64,000 nucleotides of DNA from Owenia fusiformis (taxonomy: Eukaryota): positions 14,074,001 through 14,138,000 of the forward strand of contig CAIIXF020000001.1 of NCBI GenBank assembly GCA_903813345.2, given 5' to 3'. Position 1 is the stretch's first letter; every line of letters starts with the position of its first letter. The notes under the pieces were generated by a model that was not told the origin of the DNA, did no database searches, and was given only the letters and a program-made list of their open reading frames with translations. Below, in pieces: positions 1 to 10,598 of the stretch. Position numbers and translations under genes: made by a program.

Positions 1-540
1 TACGCACATAAAAATTAAAAAGGATCTCTGATGAAGAGAGAGGCATGACTGAGCAATGTGAAATATGAGTAATCACATAACAAGAATTCTGAAAATTGCT
101 TTGAAAGCTTCAAAAATACCTGCTAGTGCTATGTTATCATAATAATAATATAAACCCACATGTGTTAAAGTTGAATCAAACAAAAAAGAGTCAGCTTCAC
201 TAATGTCAGGCAAGGACAAATGAGGTGGATACCTGCTCTCATGTTTCTCATCTAAAGTTTTATAATGAGAAAAATAATATCTACTTATTAAAAACACCTG
301 ATCTCATTTTCAGATAATTCATAACTATTTTCTCTGAAAACAATCAACGGGGATTGTTAATTTTCTTTTGTAAAGTAGTAACAGCCATATATGAAAGCAA
401 AGGGTAAAGCATGAGAAAACATCATGATAATAAAGAAGGAGTGAAGAGAAGGGAGCATAAAGACTAATAATGATTCAGAATTGTTGTGTAATAAAAATTA
501 TGAAAATCATCAAAATATCTTAATTTTAGTTATTCATTAA

Positions 541-907
541 AGAGAGAATCAGATATAGCGAGCATCCAAGCAAAAAATTGTGTCAATTTTAGAATATTTC
601 TGGCTTGTGTCATTCCTTTTCATGTCTATTTTCTAAATATTCACAAAGTACACACTTTATTTCAGGAAAACTCAAGATTTTTACAATAATGTATTATTTT
701 TCTATAAGAATGGTTACCATTCTTATTATTTGGGAGAATTTAACATTGTTCACCCATTTTTGCTCTTTTTGCTCTTTTAATCCTTCATAACTTCACCAAT
801 ATATAATATATGGAAGATCTTTTGGGAGATTTTGTATTTGAGATTGTAAGGAATAGATTGGTAGGTCAATTGTACATGTTGCTTGTCACCCCCATAGATC
901 TGATTCT
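541..907. mobile_element. Non-autonomous DNA transposon (Kolobok-like MITE), copy A
   Basis: Preceded by TTAA. Inverted termini AGAATCAGAT / ATCTGATTCT. Internal palindrome ATAAGAATGGTTACCATTCTTAT. Inverted copy at 14415-14790. Confidence 0.65.
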
Positions 908-1231
908 AACAGCACTCATGGCATTAAGACTAAACAGTTTGTCTTCTCTTTAGACACAAATATTTCTCTCTTCTTGATTTCATTATTATTTGCCATTTGT
1001 CAGGACTTTAATATTATTTCATAAATTCATATTTGATTTTAAAATGATTTTAAAATGTTTTTGCTATGAATATGATCGTTTTTAACTTTTCACAATCTTC
1101 CCTATAGGCCTAATAATTTTCATATAATCTTACTCAAAATGCCTTTCAGAATCTTGCTCTAGCTGCCACAATGTATATCTAAAGATGACAAACAGGCAGA
1201 GCTCTATGTCTGTCTGTAAGATTTTACTCAC

Positions 1232-1267
1232 CTGTATGATGCATCATCCACAATCATCAGACACTCA
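1232..1267 (-). CDS. MSH5: MSH5 coding exon 7 (ECLMIVDDASY); gene continues beyond the left edge
   Basis: tttcag|...AG|gtgagt, 36 nt, phase 2-2. Matches 'HLVNIDQDTYS'. Confidence 0.88.
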
Positions 1268-2230
1268 CTGAAACAACAAATAAAATCTTTTAAATTGACC
1301 CTTTCCATATAAATGGAAAAATAGATGGTATCATGGGTACTGGTAGGGCTAAATAACATGGCAACTTAATAGCAAGAGTCACTTAATTTCTTGATTTAAC
1401 TCCATTTAATTCCATTTGGATCAACTTAAAACACCATTGACACGCGTGATTGATATGATATTATTGAAATGTGGATTGTGATTTCACATTAAAATTGTGA
1501 TCCTTATAAGAGTAAATGAACTTTTAAAGGTTTTTCAACATTGTGTCAATGGGGATTTAGCCCAACCATTTTTAGAAAACTTGAATTTGAATGAAGGTAA
1601 ATAACAGTGCAAATCAAAGTTTTTTTGATAGAAAATTACACACAGAATTCAAATATGTCATCAAATGGAAGAAATTGTTAGTCTTCAGTGGTTAAAATTG
1701 CAGATCTCCTAAAATCTTATTAAAACGAGACTTTAACATGATTTCAAAGCTATATGAAAAAGCCTCTATTGAAAATGTGTGCTCAATTTTAATTGAATTG
1801 AATCCATCTATGTTGGCAAATATGATTCATTTAGGAGCACAACTATGTGATAATGGAGATCCTTTGGGGAGATTTTTTCAGATTACCCAGCTTAATTATT
1901 AATTGAGAGACTTCAACTTCACATCTTTACATCTTAGTTCTAACTTATCAGTCATTGCGAATGTTATAAGATGGAAATACTGATTATGATATGTACTTAT
2001 GTTATACTCCAATAACTGTAAGAAACAATATTGAAATGTGGTTTGGCTTAGGGCATGTAGGGACATTTCAGATTTCCCCTAAACGTTTGATGAACTTTCA
2101 AAGAAAGCCATTTTAAGAAAATCTGTGAATGTTTACAAAATATCAAGACTTTTTCCCCCTTCCCAAATGTAATTTATTATATTTCAGGGCATAAAATGAT
2201 ACACATGTGATGTATTTGTCCCTTACTCAC

Positions 2231-2340
2231 AGGGAGAATGTCCTCATGGCCAAGATAGGGACTCTAGTCTCTGTTGACTCAAGTTCTATCCCCACACGCT
2301 TCTTGTCAAGGAACTTCAGCAGACCGCCTACAGCTCGCAC
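2231..2340 (-). CDS. MSH5: MSH5 coding exon 6 (VRAVGGLLKFLDKKRVGIELESTETRVPILAMRTFSL)
   Basis: taag|GTG...|gtgagt, 110 nt, phase 0-2. Strong match to '[37 protein letters not shown]'. Confidence 0.95.
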
Positions 2341-2424
2341 CTTAACACAATAACTGTACTGTTATATGTGTATTTTCTGCATTTTTGTTCACAGGTTCAC
2401 ATACAATCAACATGTAAGATACCC

Positions 2425-3058
2425 AGTTACCATGCAGATCAATATTGTTAAAGGGCACAAGGGGAAAAACTGTACATTACCATGCAGATGTTGTCAAAGG
2501 GCACAAGGAAAATAATGTGCACTTACCAAGTTACCATGTAGATGTTGTCAAGGGGCACAAGGAAAAACATGGACACTTACCATGCAGATGTTGTCAAAGG
2601 GCACAAGGAAAAACATGTACACTAATGCCATGCATATGTTGTCAAAGGGCACAAGGAAAAGTATGTACACTTACAAAGGTATCATGAAGATGTTGTCAAA
2701 GGCCACAAGGAAAAACATGTACACTTACCATGCAGATGTTGTCAAAGGGCACAAGGAAAATAATGCACACTTACCAAGTTACCATGTAGATGTTGTCAAG
2801 GGGCACAAGGAAAAACATGGACACTTACCATGCAGATGTTGTCAAAGGGCACAAGGAAAAGTATGTACACTTACAAAGTTACCATGTAAATGTTGTCAAG
2901 GGGCACAAGGAAAAACATGGACACTTACCATGCAGATGATGTCAAAGGGCACAAGGAAAATAATGTGCACTTACCAAGTTACCATGTAGATGTTGTCAGA
3001 GGGCACAAGGAAAAACATGTACACTTACCATGCAGATGTTGTCAAAGGGCACAAGGGA
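2425..3058. repeat. Tandem array of 13 units alternating about 46 and 54 bp (100-bp dimer), overlapping the MSH5 exon 5 donor
   Basis: Core (G/C)CACAAGG recurs at about 2455, 2501, 2555, 2601, 2649, 2703, 2749, 2803, 2849, 2903, 2949, 3003 and 3049. Confidence 0.95.
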
Positions 3059-3150
3059 AGACATGTGAAGGGTTCGCTCACTCTCTGTGAAGTGGTTTGG
3101 AATACTAGGTAAGTTCATGGATAAAATTCTCCGTTTGCTAACTTCTAATG
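3029..3150 (-). CDS. MSH5: MSH5 coding exon 5 (LEVSKRRILSMNLPSIPNHFTESERTLHMSSLVPFDNICM)
   Basis: tttcag|...ATG|gtaagt, 122 nt, phase 1-0. Matches 'LEISKQRLLS...[21 protein letters not shown]'. Confidence 0.93.
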
Positions 3151-3557
3151 CTGAAAATAAAATACATGTCTCTTTTATGCCTTAGTCACATTTGCTCTAC
3201 AGCTACAGATACAACAGTCGCAGTTTCAAAAATTGCTGAAATACTTGTGATAACATGTATCCTTACGTTTTACAGCTTGGCAATGGCCAGAATAAAATCT
3301 GAGGTCATATATTTGCCATAAATCAAAGAATCAAGGTCTTTGTTACAATTCTAATATGAAATTTTTTTTAATTAGGTGGTCATATATTCTCCAATATAGA
3401 CCAATAAATCAATTGTTCTGACATCTTCTGACATCACATATCATATTACTTAATTACTAATATATCTTAAATGTTAACAACCATGACATCTATGAAAAGA
3501 AAGTTGGAATGAATTGACAATGAAAGAGATATAAAATCAAAGAATAAGAAAACTTAC

Positions 3558-3614
3558 AAAAATCTAATGTTGGAAGAAGCTGCACAAAATCATCAATTTC
3601 TGGCCCTTTTCCAC
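3558..3614 (-). CDS. MSH5: MSH5 coding exon 4 (GKGPEIDDFVQLLPTLDF)
   Basis: tttcaag|...|gtaagt, 57 nt, phase 1-1. Matches 'PEIIFLPSVDF'. The acceptor position is slightly less certain. Confidence 0.85.
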
Positions 3615-3769
3615 CTTGAAAATGTAATATTAGATATTATATTGAATATACATGAGAGCATTAAATCACCAACATTTTCTTGAGTCAAGCGCTTAAATTC
3701 GTTTCACACATAGGAAAAAAGATTTTGTGAAATATCACTCATTTAGAATGAGGGGGGTTCACTCTAAAT

Positions 3770-4152
3770 AATAATGCAGATGCGAGTAGGTAGTTACCAG
3801 TTTCGCCACTAGGTGGCTCGTTCGGGTCAGATAACATGGCGGGTATAGTAGAAAGTTCCCTTTAACTTAAATTACATCTGTTTTAGTGGTTCAATTTTTA
3901 TATAACCCTTATGTATCTAATAGTTATGCAAATTAAAATATGTCCAGTAAAGAAAATGTAATCTGTCCAATACAAGAAAAGATATTTCACTTTTTGTGAT
4001 TTTGTAACAAAATTAAATTTTCAAAGTTGATAAACAATTTTCGAAACCATTTTTCTAAATGTACTTTTACATGTAGATTTCAAATATGACATTACTTTGA
4101 CTGAATTTGAATATTTAATGACATAAATCAAGATTATTTCTATTCGCATCTA
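3770..4152. mobile_element. Dispersed repeat / probable MITE; its first ~185 bp recur at 8295-8477
   Basis: Near-identical direct copy at 8295. Possible TIRs AGATGCGAGTAG (3778) / CTATTCGCATCT (4140). Confidence 0.55.
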
Positions 4153-4339
4153 GTCTATTTGGGTAGGTATGTGCAGCACAGGCAATTTTGGCTTAGGGCA
4201 TAAACCATGGAACCTGGCCAATCTGAGAGGAAACAAACATGGAGAATTTGTCGAAGAGAGAGAGCCTTTTTAAGTCAAAAATCAGTTTTTCTCCAATAAA
4301 TCGGTAAAATCAGTTGACGAGGTCAGGGACAAATCACCC

Positions 4340-4810
4340 AAAAAGTGCAGCTTGCAGCGAGAAGACGGACCGGTTCGGGGCAATCTGCTTGCAACGAGAA
4401 GACGGACCGGTTCGGGGCAATAGCTGATGAAATTCTTTGTCACAAAGTTTGGCATTTTTTATAAAATCAAACGCGCGTCATTGAAACTCACAAGATGTAA
4501 ATAGCATGTCATTTACATCATACCTTGATGGGGAAAAATAGATCTTATATGTTTGAAGTACTAAATAAAAGTTATCGTGAAAATGAGACAGTCGTTCTCG
4601 AGAGAAAAGAGCATAAATGCGCATTTAGAGAGTTTTGGTCCGTTTAAAAATCTGTAAAAAATTGGGGTACTTAAAAGCATCAGGAGGCATCATATATTTC
4701 AAATTAGACACGAGGAAGTCAATATTGAGCAAGTTATGGCTATTTTAAATTCAAATAAAACCGTTAACCCGTACCGGTCCAGCTTTTGACCCGTACCGGT
4801 CAATTTTCGT
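4340..4810. mobile_element. Old palindromic repeat with duplicated inverted subterminal motifs
   Basis: GAGAAGACGGACCGGTTCGGGGCAAT twice in tandem (~4358-4422), and inverted-like CCCGTACCGGTC twice (~4768-4801). Confidence 0.4.
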
Positions 4811-5325
4811 TAGCTGCGTATACCAAGGGTGTAAAGGGGGTTTTTGGCGTGGCACATAGGTATTAAGAGGTATTACAGTGAAACCCCCAATATACCTCGG
4901 ATGATATTGATAGTTTGAAATACTGACAACATCCTTGTGATATTCCCCATATCAAATCCTTCCAGGTAAATAACTACTTCAAATCGACACATTCAAGGCA
5001 ATGGGGTATTAAATAGTCATACATTAAATTCGATGTCATATGTGATTTGAACATGGAAACTAATCATCAGAAATGCCTTGAAGTTACAATTACAGCCATT
5101 CTATTTGAAATAGGATACATGTTACAATCATTTTAATAAAAGAAAAAATCGGTCATTTGTAAAATCAAAGGCCTACTAGCATTTGAGACTTGATAATGCT
5201 GCCATATGTAGGTAAAATCTAGATTTCCATTTCATTTTAATGGGATTGCAGGGAAAAACTGATATTGCATTATAAAGCAAATGAAATTCTTAAGTGACTA
5301 GATAATCAGATCAGATTGCCCATAC

Positions 5326-5406
5326 CTAATGACTTTAGCTTAGCTAGGAGTCCCTCATCTTGTTTAGCAGTTGTAACAATACACATTGGTTTCACTTGCT
5401 CAAACA
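5326..5406 (-). CDS. MSH5: MSH5 coding exon 3 (VFEQVKPMCIVTTAKQDEGLLAKLKSL)
   Basis: acag|...|gtatg, 81 nt, phase 1-1. Matches '[20 protein letters not shown]'. Confidence 0.93.
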
Positions 5407-5523
5407 CTGTCAAATACAAAGAAAATGTACACAATATCAATCTAAATTGAAGAATTAGTATGTCAATGCAAGATCGTATTTATATTTTTGAAGTAATATT
5501 ATTGAAGAGATTATACAACTTAC

Positions 5524-5647
5524 CTTTGGAAATGATGTGGAAGTCCATTGTTTCAACAGTGTCCATCATCATGTAGAAGCATGTTGTATCAATATCATAG
5601 TAGGCTATTCCTACCTTGCCTCCCTGCCATACAACACTCATGTATGT
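5524..5647 (-). CDS. MSH5: MSH5 coding exon 2 (TYMSVVWQGGKVGIAYYDIDTTCFYMMMDTVETMDFHIISK)
   Basis: ag/gt boundaries, 124 nt. Matches recalled human MSH5 'LCVLWNSGYLGIAYYDT'. Confidence 0.93.
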
Positions 5648-5807
5648 CTGTAAAAAATATTACTATTGTGAAATCAATCATGTCTTAATGGACTGAAAAT
5701 GGTCGATGTTTGAAAACGTACATAATCCAACATCTTAGACAATACATGTACATGTATTTACATGCATTTCATTTTTGACCAATATTTGCATAATTATTCA
5801 AAAATAC

Positions 5808-5954
5808 CTGAAAATCATCTTCTTCATCATCATCTGACTGTAGGTTCCTCCTAGCATCAGTGGTAACATCTGCAGAGGTGATGTCCTCTGATTCACTTCT
5901 TAGCTGTACTCCCTCCATCCTCCCTCCACTGACGCTACTGCTAAAATCTGCCAT
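5808..5954 (-). CDS. MSH5: MutS homolog 5, first coding exon (MADFSSSVSGG...DDDEEDDFQ)
   Basis: ATG at 5954 lies 2 nt after an acceptor (tgtag|GTATG), implying an upstream non-coding exon. Donor CAG|gtattt. 147 nt, phase 0, joins the next exon in frame. Acidic low-complexity N-terminus as in other MSH5 proteins. Confidence 0.75.
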
Positions 5955-7002
5955 ACCTACATTGAATAAAAAATGTTTTATTTGAAAAGGTGACTGGGAG
6001 GACAGCATATTTCTGGTTTTATGGAGATCTACACCAACTTATCTCTATCTAGGCTTAGCTTCGATTTCATCATGACTGATGTACAAAAAGAGCTATTGTG
6101 AATTAAACTTCAATAATTTTAGATGTATATGCACATGAGGCCCCCTGGCCAAAAATTATTTCAAAATCATGCAGTTTTCACCATTTTGAGCACTTCTCAA
6201 GTGATTTTAGCCATATTTGTGCCAAAATTGTCAAATGTGAACCCCCCCCCCCCCCTGTAAGTGATAAAGGAATTGACAAAATTTTTAAAATTACCTCCTC
6301 TTCAAGTTCCAATCCTTTTTATAGATTATATTGACAGATTTTTTATCACTGAATATGGTATTACTTGTTGAGGACCACACAACATTACCGTTTATCATTT
6401 ATTTGAGATTTAAGCAGGGGTCCATTTTTAAAGAAATAATCGTTTTAAAAGTTTTCTTGTGAATATAGATGATGAATAAGTACAAAAAGTATGAATTATT
6501 ATACATTAAGAGTGTAATGTAAAATTTCAACTGAAAGATTTAGATCAAATGGAATCCAAGTTCACAGTGGGGGGTATAACTCATCAAACACTGTATGATT
6601 TTTTAAAGCTTATTGTTCCAGCTTAATGTTTTTAATTTGCTTTTGTTAGTTAAGATTATATCATTGACCATTTATGAATTTTCGAGCACGGTACAAGGTT
6701 GCAAAACTTCATTTATGAACAATTTCAGCAGGTCTATTTTACGAAAATTAAGAATTTTTCTGGATAGTTCTTTGATGAAAAGCTAGTACATTATTACGAT
6801 TAAATTATATCATTAAGGTGTATAAATCATGAAAACAGGTTTCATCCTGATGTCTACAACCTAATCCGTATAATGCCATGTCACAAATGGGGATGGGGGT
6901 GGGGGACATTGACCTCCACTTGGAGATCTTTATTACTAAATGATTTCAATATTACAATAATGTCGGTATCATAATAAACAGGCACTAAATAAGTGTAGAC
7001 TA

Positions 7003-8012
7003 CGAGGGGTGATCAGGAATATCTGGACCGTTGGCTCTATTTTTGCCATTTGTTATCCTTTCTGAGTGATTTTTTTACATAATATTACCCAAATATATAG
7101 GCTCACACCATGAAGATTTCACTGCTCTATGAAATCATTATCCTTTTATCTTTGTTAACATGGTAACTGGTGACGCGACAAGGTGGAGCTCAGAAAAAAT
7201 ACCAAATTTGAAAAATCAACAGTAGTTTTATATGATGTTTGGACACTGTATTCATTGCTGAATATGTTACATACTGTAATAGGTTGTATTATATTATTAA
7301 GTATTCATTAATGTTCATAGTAACTGCCATTATTTCCATTAATTCTAATCATTTAAAGTAGTTACCAGCATTTTGTATGCAATTGTTATGCCTTTTCACT
7401 CAGTCCTGAAAGACGCGATACAGACCGTCTTTGCCTAAAAAATGTGATTGTATCCATCGGTTTTGGCCTTGTACCACACGCACCGTATTCCCCAGAATTA
7501 GCTGGGTGTGATTTCTATTTTTCCCAACAGTGAAGAACAAATTATGAGGTATCCACTTTGAGGACAGTAATGAGATCATTCAGGAATTCACGCACCAATG
7601 TTACAAAGTAGGCAAAGACGGTCTGTGTCACGTCTTCAGGACTGAGTGAAAAGGCATAACAAATGCTTACAAAATGCTGGTTACTCCTTTAAAGAATTAG
7701 AATTGATGGAAGAATAATGACAGTTACTATGAACATTAATGAATAAACTTAATGAAATAATACAACCTATTACATATACAGTACACTGTATGTCACATAT
7801 TCAGCAATGAATACAGTGTCCAAACATAATATAAAATTACTGTTGTTTTTACCATGGTAACAAAAATAATAGAATAATGATGACATAGAACAATGAATTC
7901 GTCATGGTGTTATCCTATATATTTTGGTTATATCATGTGAAAAAATCAGAAAGAAAGGATAACAAATGGCAAAAATAGAGCAAACGGTCCAGAAATTCCT
8001 GATCACCCCTCG
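7003..8012. mobile_element. Mariner-derived fold-back element with a transposase C-terminal remnant
   Basis: TA|CGAGGGGTGATCAGGAAT...ATTCCTGATCACCCCTCG|TA. About 400-bp inverted arms. Centre encodes PHAPYSPELAGCDFY (mariner HPPYSPDLAPSD motif) with a frameshift and stop. Confidence 0.92.
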
Positions 8013-8294
8013 TATTATAAAACGTTGACAACAAGAAGATTTATACAATTTAAACTGCAAAATGAGATAACAATAGACTCTAAAATCACAATGATCGGTA
8101 TAGCTAATCAAATGTTTACTTTTTAAGCTTAGTATAATATCCTAACAGTTTAAATTGGTTTAAAAGTTATAATTGAATCATTTGCAGTTTCTGAATTTTT
8201 CGAATATCTTAAAATGGTTCAGATTTTCATTTATTGAAGATTTAATTCAAGTCTAATTCAAAAAATGAATATTTTTGTGGATAGTTCTCAGATC

Positions 8295-8477
8295 AATAAC
8301 GCAGATGCGAGTAGGTAGTTACCAGATTCACCACCAGGTGGCTCGTTCGGGTCAGATAGCATGGCGGGTATAGTAGGAAGTTCCCTTTAACTTAAATTAC
8401 ATCTATTTGCGTGGTTCAATTTTCATATAATCCTTATGTATCTAATAGTTATGCAAATTAAAATGTGTCCAGTAAAA
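8295..8477. mobile_element. Truncated second copy of the 3770 repeat
   Basis: Direct alignment by eye to 3770-3955. Confidence 0.75.
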
Positions 8478-9395
8478 GAAAACAATAGATTCAGATGTGT
8501 GCTGATGTTTCTCAAATCTATACATAGAGGTATATTTCATATTTACAGCCTGTATGCGTATTTACTGTGCGTGTGACATAATGATTTACAATACCAAGGC
8601 AGCTCAATCTTTCTACTCAAAGTCGGAATATAGAGAAGGCTTTGGACCGAAGTAGGTTTGAACTTAGACGGTCACGATGGACAATTGAATCCAGGATGAT
8701 TGAATCACAGAGAACTATTTACATATGTTCCTATACGTTTCAGTATATATTTCTCTAACTACATCACGTATATTACTTAAACGATATAAATCAATGGCAT
8801 ACATACATGTAGGTCTATGTTTACTGAACACAGCTGGCTCAAAAGACTTCTGTCAGCTCGGTAGAGTAAGTCTATTACATAATAATTATGTAAAAAAAAT
8901 ACAGTAGAATCTAGGTGCAATCTGGAATTGGAAATGAACTTTTCAGTCACGGTAATATTTATATGACTTCTGAGAATAAATCTACATATTTTCTAAGCTG
9001 ATTAGAATAAGAATTTCTTTATGACTTACTATCAGTCAAAATGCAAGTTGAAGGTTTTACCTATAGCCGATCTATAGGCAGTTAGCAGGAGAAATGTGCA
9101 TACAGAAAACTTTGAAATTTTACTTCCGGAATCGTTCGTACGCTGAACGAAAAAGAGTATTAACAGGAAATGATCCCCGGGAATTTGTGTCATCAAAATG
9201 GGATCCACGTCTGGGGATTTTTCGATGAAATGTGACCCACTTGAGCGGCACCTGCCCATAAAGCGAATACATGGGACTCATACCCCTCCCCCGGGGCTTG
9301 GTAAATTATGGCTCCCCTGTTAAAGCATATCTCTCAAATTCTAAGCTTAGATGATCTCTTTTGAGTAATTACCATAGGCTCTGCCATGCTATGTT

Positions 9396-9707
9396 AAGGG
9401 TGTCAAAAAACAACGGAACCCCATCTACGGCAAAAAGTACTTAATGTTACATGGTGTGTCCTATCTCATTTTAAAGACAATTTCATTCCCCACTTTCCTC
9501 CTGTGCTTCAGAATTAATCCTTACTGTATCTATTTTCAAGAGGCTCTTTGTCCATCAATTCGTATACCCTGTTTTTCAGAACTAAGCCCATTTGTTCAGT
9601 GCAGTCGAAATCTGGGTCTAATTCTCCCATATCCTACTTTCTGAAGATTTGACCTTTAGCCAGTAACATTAAGGAATTTTTGCTTGTTTGTTATTTTTGA
9701 CACCCTG
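9396..9707. mobile_element. Tc1/mariner-type MITE
   Basis: Inverted termini AGGGTGTCAAAAA / TTTTTGACACCCTG|TA. Confidence 0.55.
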
Positions 9708-9741
9708 TACATATCCTATTCTAATGATATCGATAAAAATA

Positions 9742-9930
9742 CAGGGTGGTCCATCCATAATATGAATGACGTCATTTTCATTTCAAAACGGGTTTTCCAA
9801 AACTTGCACAAACAAGTTTTATTGTCAACTTTATTTACATAAACAGACGTTCAATATGTCCACCATTTTGATCGATTGTACCCCTCAATTTTGGCCTTAA
9901 CTGGCCAATAGCATCATTGATCATCATCAA
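9742..9930 (-). mobile_element. Tc1/mariner 3' end with transposase tail (INDAIGQLRPKLRGTIDQNGGHIERLF)
   Basis: TA|CAGGGTGGTCCA terminus and a 'GGHIE' C-terminal motif. Related copy on the + strand at ~40945-41085. Confidence 0.7.
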
Positions 9931-10499
9931 ATTCATCAATTCTTCACGGAGAAAAGTATTTTTGAGTCCAATAAAGTAACATCCATTATTCACGTTTTAA
10001 AGGCAAGAAGAGTTTCTGCCATTTATTTCAGTAAAAATATTTTCTTTCATATCATCTGAGACTAACATGATGGTCTCAGATATCATAACTAAAAAAACGT
10101 TAAGTCTTACTTTTAAAATGCCAATATTTTCTGTTCCTACATCTTGACAATGTTGAAACTATCACAAATTGATATTCTATCCCCTCCTATCCATCCAGAG
10201 ATATCAATTTTCTAATATAAGATTGGGTCTCTTTTTAAACCAACAATATTTCCTATCAATGTTTAAGATTTTTTGGGATAAATAATACTTATTCTGAATT
10301 TAATTGATTACAAGATTCAGCCTACACTGTTTGAAAGTATGTAGGCCCTACATACTTTCAAAAATATAGATTAGATATAAATATAATATATCATTTAATT
10401 ACGAGATTTAGTCTACTTGACCTACATGATTTAAAAATATATAAATATAGGCTAGATATTAATATAATATTTGGTGAAAACCTTGCAGTATCAGCCGAA

Positions 10500-10598
10500 G
10501 CCGAAATAGCTCAGTTGGGAGAGCGTTAGACTGAAGCGGCTGTTATTCATGATAAGCCAGGAATCTAAAGGTCCCTGGTTCAATCCCGGGTTTCGGCA
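10500..10598 (+). tRNA. tRNA-Phe(GAA) with a 26-nt intron (10537-10562)
   Basis: Exons splice to GCCGAAATAGCTCAGTTGGGAGAGCGTTAGACTGAAG|ATCTAAAGGTCCCTGGTTCAATCCCGGGTTTCGGCA, the conserved animal tRNA-Phe. Anticodon GAA at 10533-10535. T-run terminator at ~10617-10626. Confidence 0.96.

Noticed and set aside
73-297. 74-aa minus-strand ORF as the next MSH5 exon
   Set aside because: It does not resemble the expected next segment (LQIF..E.HPS), so that exon must lie outside the window.
2490-2510. Similarity of TGTCAAAGGGCACAA (MSH5 array) to TGTCAAAGTGGCACAA (120-bp satellite)
   Set aside because: Short gapped match only. The MSH5 array is explained by exon sequence, so this is likely chance.
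2445-3090. Plus-strand ORFs of 66-135 aa, and the CRISPR-like look of the array
   Set aside because: These are translations of the tandem repeat antisense to MSH5. There are no unique spacers or cas genes, and the context is eukaryotic.
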